A stretch of DNA of 58,786 bases from Candidatus Caenarcanales bacterium (GTDB taxonomy: Bacteria; Cyanobacteriota; Vampirovibrionia; Caenarcaniphilales; Caenarcanaceae), in contig CANLTT010000002.1 of assembly GCA_947494115.1 (NCBI GenBank), positions 1 to 58,786 of the forward strand, read 5' to 3'. Below the pieces are notes generated by a model, which was not told the origin of the DNA, searched no databases, and saw only the letters and a list, made by a program, of their open reading frames with translations. The translations under genes were made by a program, and so were the position numbers. Shown here piece after piece: positions 56,171 to 58,786 of this stretch (position 1 is the stretch's first letter; each line of letters opens with the position of its first letter).

Positions 56171-58645
56171 TCACTCAAATAAAAAGCCATATTCATAAAC
56201 TTTAGGTTGTATTTTTTCAGCTAAATTATTTAAACTTTCTCTCAAATCACCGATTAATTCAGTGTATTTTTCATCTTGGCTTTTACTATTCATATTACCT
56301 TTTTCATTTCGTCCCTGAAAATGTTCTCTAATATCATAAAGTGAAGCATTTACATTGCAGTCTGGCTGGGCGTGATAATAAATATAAAGTTTTTTTCCAG
56401 CATCAAAAACGGCTTTTGCACAGTCTGAAAATTCTAATGGTTCTTGATTTTGTTTAGGTAATATATCAAATAAATCATTTGTAATTTCAGTATTCACTTT
56501 TCCTTTAATAAAATTTGTCATAAAGTTACTTTCAAATTTATCTCTGGCATTTACTTCTTTTTCTGTGAAAGGAATCCAGTGATTTATGCCATATTTGCTT
56601 TGTATTTTATTGCTAAAAAGTGTAAATGCTAAACAATTATTTTTTAATTCAGTATCAGTTTCCCATTTTTTCTTTGGATACAAAAACTGGTCATTATTAT
56701 TAAGCCAAGTCATTTTCATACACTTTCTTATAGCGAAATAAACACAAGCGTAAATTACATTTTTTTGATTGATTAAAAATTGCCCAGCGGCTGTGTTGTA
56801 ATCCATTTTTTGATGAACGATTTGTACCATATCTTGGTTTTGAAAATCATTACCTTTAAAAGGAAATTTACCAATAAGTTGATTTTTGGCTGGATCAGCT
56901 CTAAAAGGCTTAATCCAATCATTCATATATTTTTTATCGTGATAAGAATAAAAGGTCTTTTGTTTTTGCTTTTCTCCTTTGCTCAAGTAAATATCACACT
57001 TAATTTTTTTAATTTCTTCTTTTTTAGCTAAATCCCAAAGCATAAAACCAATCGGAAATTGTCCTTTTACATTGTCAAAAGTGTCTGCTGGCATAATGAA
57101 ACCTCTATAAAATTTGGCTTTAAAGAAAGATCTGAAATTTAGAAAATGTGGTCCATTAATATATTTCAAGGTGGAAAAACTTGCCAACTTACAGTCTGGG
57201 ATTTCAAAGTAAATTCTTGTGAAAAATTGTACAAATAACTCAGCATTACCTTGTCCCAAATGTTTTGAGTATTTTTGATTAATATAACTTTGTTCTACCG
57301 CTCTATTTCCTTCAATTCCTTGTTTTAGCGTTTTTTTATTACTAGCTTCAGCATAAGGCGGATTAATATAAATAAGTAATTTTTTGCGTTTTTCTGAATT
57401 ATTAATAATTTCTTGCAAGCCCTTTGGAACTTTGAAATCATTAAAATCATCATTCAAAAAATCAAATTGAAAAACATGACTCTCTAAAAGATTTGCTCCG
57501 TTTTTAATGCGGTCTTTCATCACATCAACATCTTGCTGGTCGAGCGTCGAAGCATAAACATTATATTTATTTGTCAAACCAGTTAATAAGTTTCCAGTTC
57601 CAGCGGCACAATCCCAAATATAATATTCATCTTGCCAATTTTCACCTAGCTCATCAGTTAAGTATTTTTGAGAAAGTTCAACCCAAATTTGTGGCGTAAA
57701 AAAACTGCCCTTCCTCTCCCTAACATCTTGCGGGACAAGTAAATCTCGTCTTTCGACAATATAATCCCAATATTCCTCTTTGGGCGGACGGGTGTATTTA
57801 TTCCAAAATTGCTTATGTGCTTTTTGATTATCATTAAATCCAGTTGTTTTTGAGCCTAAAAAGCCCATGTCATCAAGCTTACGGTCTAATTCATAACGGT
57901 CTTGTTTTAGTAAAACATAAAGTTTCTCTTTTAACGATTGATTTTCGCTCGAAAGTAAATCCGCCAAATAAAAGTCTCCGTCAAGTATATTATTTTTTTT
58001 AGCAATATCCCAATCTAAAATAATGGTGGATTTTACGACTGCAAGCCATTTTGTATAAATCGTAATAAAATTATTTTTATCAATTTGTATTTTACTGCTC
58101 TCAGAGTTACCAATCACAAAATTAGTTTTGATAAATTCTCTTATTTCCTCGTCATCATCAATAAATTTAAACAAAAGAGAATCATTTTCGAGAATATTTT
58201 TTACTTTTTCAAAAATTAATTTAAATTCTTTAGTTTCGTGATTGGATGGGGTAACATTCCAGTTAAAATCATTTAAATAAAAAATTTCTTGAATTTGATT
58301 ATAAGCAATAAAAGCAATTTGTTCTGCGTCAAAAGCCCCTAAAAAAGCGGGCGGTAAATATTTATCAAATGTTCTAGCTTTGCCAATAGTGAGAATTAAC
58401 TGGACAAGCGAATTATAAATATTAGATTTGCCTTTTTTGGCTTCCGCCCAGAGAAGAGAAGTATTTTCAAAAAGAGAATTTTGTATTTGTACACCTTTTA
58501 AGGGGTCGCTTACAGAGCGGGGCTTTGTATTATTACTTATACAAAAGTCAATATTTCCGATAATTTTAGTTGTATCAAAATCAGCAAAATAATCTTGGGA
58601 AACCTTGTTCTTAAGCTCTTCTTCACGGATATTTTGATATTTCAT
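56171..58645 (-). CDS. Fused type IIG/IIL-like restriction-modification enzyme: N-terminal PD-ExK-like nuclease motif, gamma-class N6-adenine DNA methyltransferase, and a C-terminal putative target-recognition region
   Basis: Methyltransferase motif X 'GSFFTPQIWV', motif I 'WDCAAGTGNLL' and motif IV 'IYINPPYAEA'. The N-terminus has 'GNIDFCIS...(33 aa)...LLWAEAKKGKS' (D...ExK). 824 aa, with no separate S or R gene visible. Confidence 0.7.
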   Translation of the reverse strand: MKYQNIREEELKNKVSQDYFADFDTTKIIGNIDFCISNNTKPRSVSDPLKGVQIQNSLFENTSLLWAEAKKGKSNIYNSLVQLILTIGKARTFDKYLPPAFLGAFDAEQIAFIAYNQIQEIFYLNDFNWNVTPSNHETKEFKLIFEKVKNILENDSLLFKFIDDDEEIREFIKTNFVIGNSESSKIQIDKNNFITIYTKWLAVVKSTIILDWDIAKKNNILDGDFYLADLLSSENQSLKEKLYVLLKQDRYELDRKLDDMGFLGSKTTGFNDNQKAHKQFWNKYTRPPKEEYWDYIVERRDLLVPQDVRERKGSFFTPQIWVELSQKYLTDELGENWQDEYYIWDCAAGTGNLLTGLTNKYNVYASTLDQQDVDVMKDRIKNGANLLESHVFQFDFLNDDFNDFKVPKGLQEIINNSEKRKKLLIYINPPYAEASNKKTLKQGIEGNRAVEQSYINQKYSKHLGQGNAELFVQFFTRIYFEIPDCKLASFSTLKYINGPHFLNFRSFFKAKFYRGFIMPADTFDNVKGQFPIGFMLWDLAKKEEIKKIKCDIYLSKGEKQKQKTFYSYHDKKYMNDWIKPFRADPAKNQLIGKFPFKGNDFQNQDMVQIVHQKMDYNTAAGQFLINQKNVIYACVYFAIRKCMKMTWLNNNDQFLYPKKKWETDTELKNNCLAFTLFSNKIQSKYGINHWIPFTEKEVNARDKFESNFMTNFIKGKVNTEITNDLFDILPKQNQEPLEFSDCAKAVFDAGKKLYIYYHAQPDCNVNASLYDIREHFQGRNEKGNMNSKSQDEKYTELIGDLRESLNNLAEKIQPKVYEYGFLFE

Positions 58646-58706
58646 ATTTGCTTAACTTTATTGCCATTTTGTTTAATTATTCTCAATGACAAATATCTTA
58701 ACAAGC

Positions 58707-58786
58707 CTAAGCTAATATTAAAACTTTAGGCTGTATTTCAATGTTTTCTTTCATAATTTTGTCCTTTAGTTCTTGCTTTTCCCCCA
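58707..58786 (-). CDS. 3' end (25 codons) of an unidentified gene upstream of the R-M gene; continues off the right edge
   Basis: The open frame reads ...GEKQELKDKIMKENIEIQPKVLILA* and ends at the TAG at 58707-58709. Too short to identify. Confidence 0.3.
   Translation of the reverse strand, partial: GEKQELKDKIMKENIEIQPKVLILA

Overview
This is an AT-rich, tightly packed bacterial chromosomal window with about 50 credible protein genes (most on the minus strand) and two divergent tRNAs. My hand counts on 50-60 nt samples give roughly 38-47% GC in housekeeping genes and 26-32% in the accessory genes; these are spot checks, not a computed profile.

The backbone is housekeeping for a diderm. It covers haem synthesis (hemN, hemC, hemL) and envelope/LPS genes (PBP1A, M23 peptidase, lpxB, waaA, an LptD/OstA-like OMP, an MsbA-like ABC exporter, an RlpA-like protein, PAP2). 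It also covers metabolism (pyk, a PFK-like kinase, eda, deoC, panB, coaD, trpD, an acyl-CoA synthetase), typA, smpB, a stand-alone atpA and a stand-alone C-terminal half of carB.

The accessory layer has five parts:
1. The start of an IS630-like transposase lies at the left edge and abuts a 5'-truncated HExxH protein gene.
2. A MITE-like repeat family has four copies in two size classes. The long class carries a 47-48 nt nested insert flanked by TTAA.
3. A second inverted-repeat element has a GC-rich hairpin core, plus a truncated second copy.
4. A small island beside tRNA-Ala/tRNA-fMet holds two gene remnants (an AAA+ lid and a HEPN-like Rx4H tail), a MazF/PemK toxin-antitoxin pair, and an overlapping two-gene module. 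That module is an ABC/SMC-type AAA ATPase (471 aa) plus a 180-aa protein with no motif I can place.
5. A fused type IIG-like restriction/N6-adenine methyltransferase lies at the right edge.

The ATPase plus orphan partner (38246-40187) is my best candidate for an undescribed defence-type system.

I found no CRISPR array, rRNA, integrase or prophage. The lineage cannot be determined from the sequence alone. LPS genes, low GC, a DUF2227-like gene and 'GEGLGVR'-type repeat cores hint at a non-photosynthetic relative of cyanobacteria or another candidate phylum, but that is speculation.
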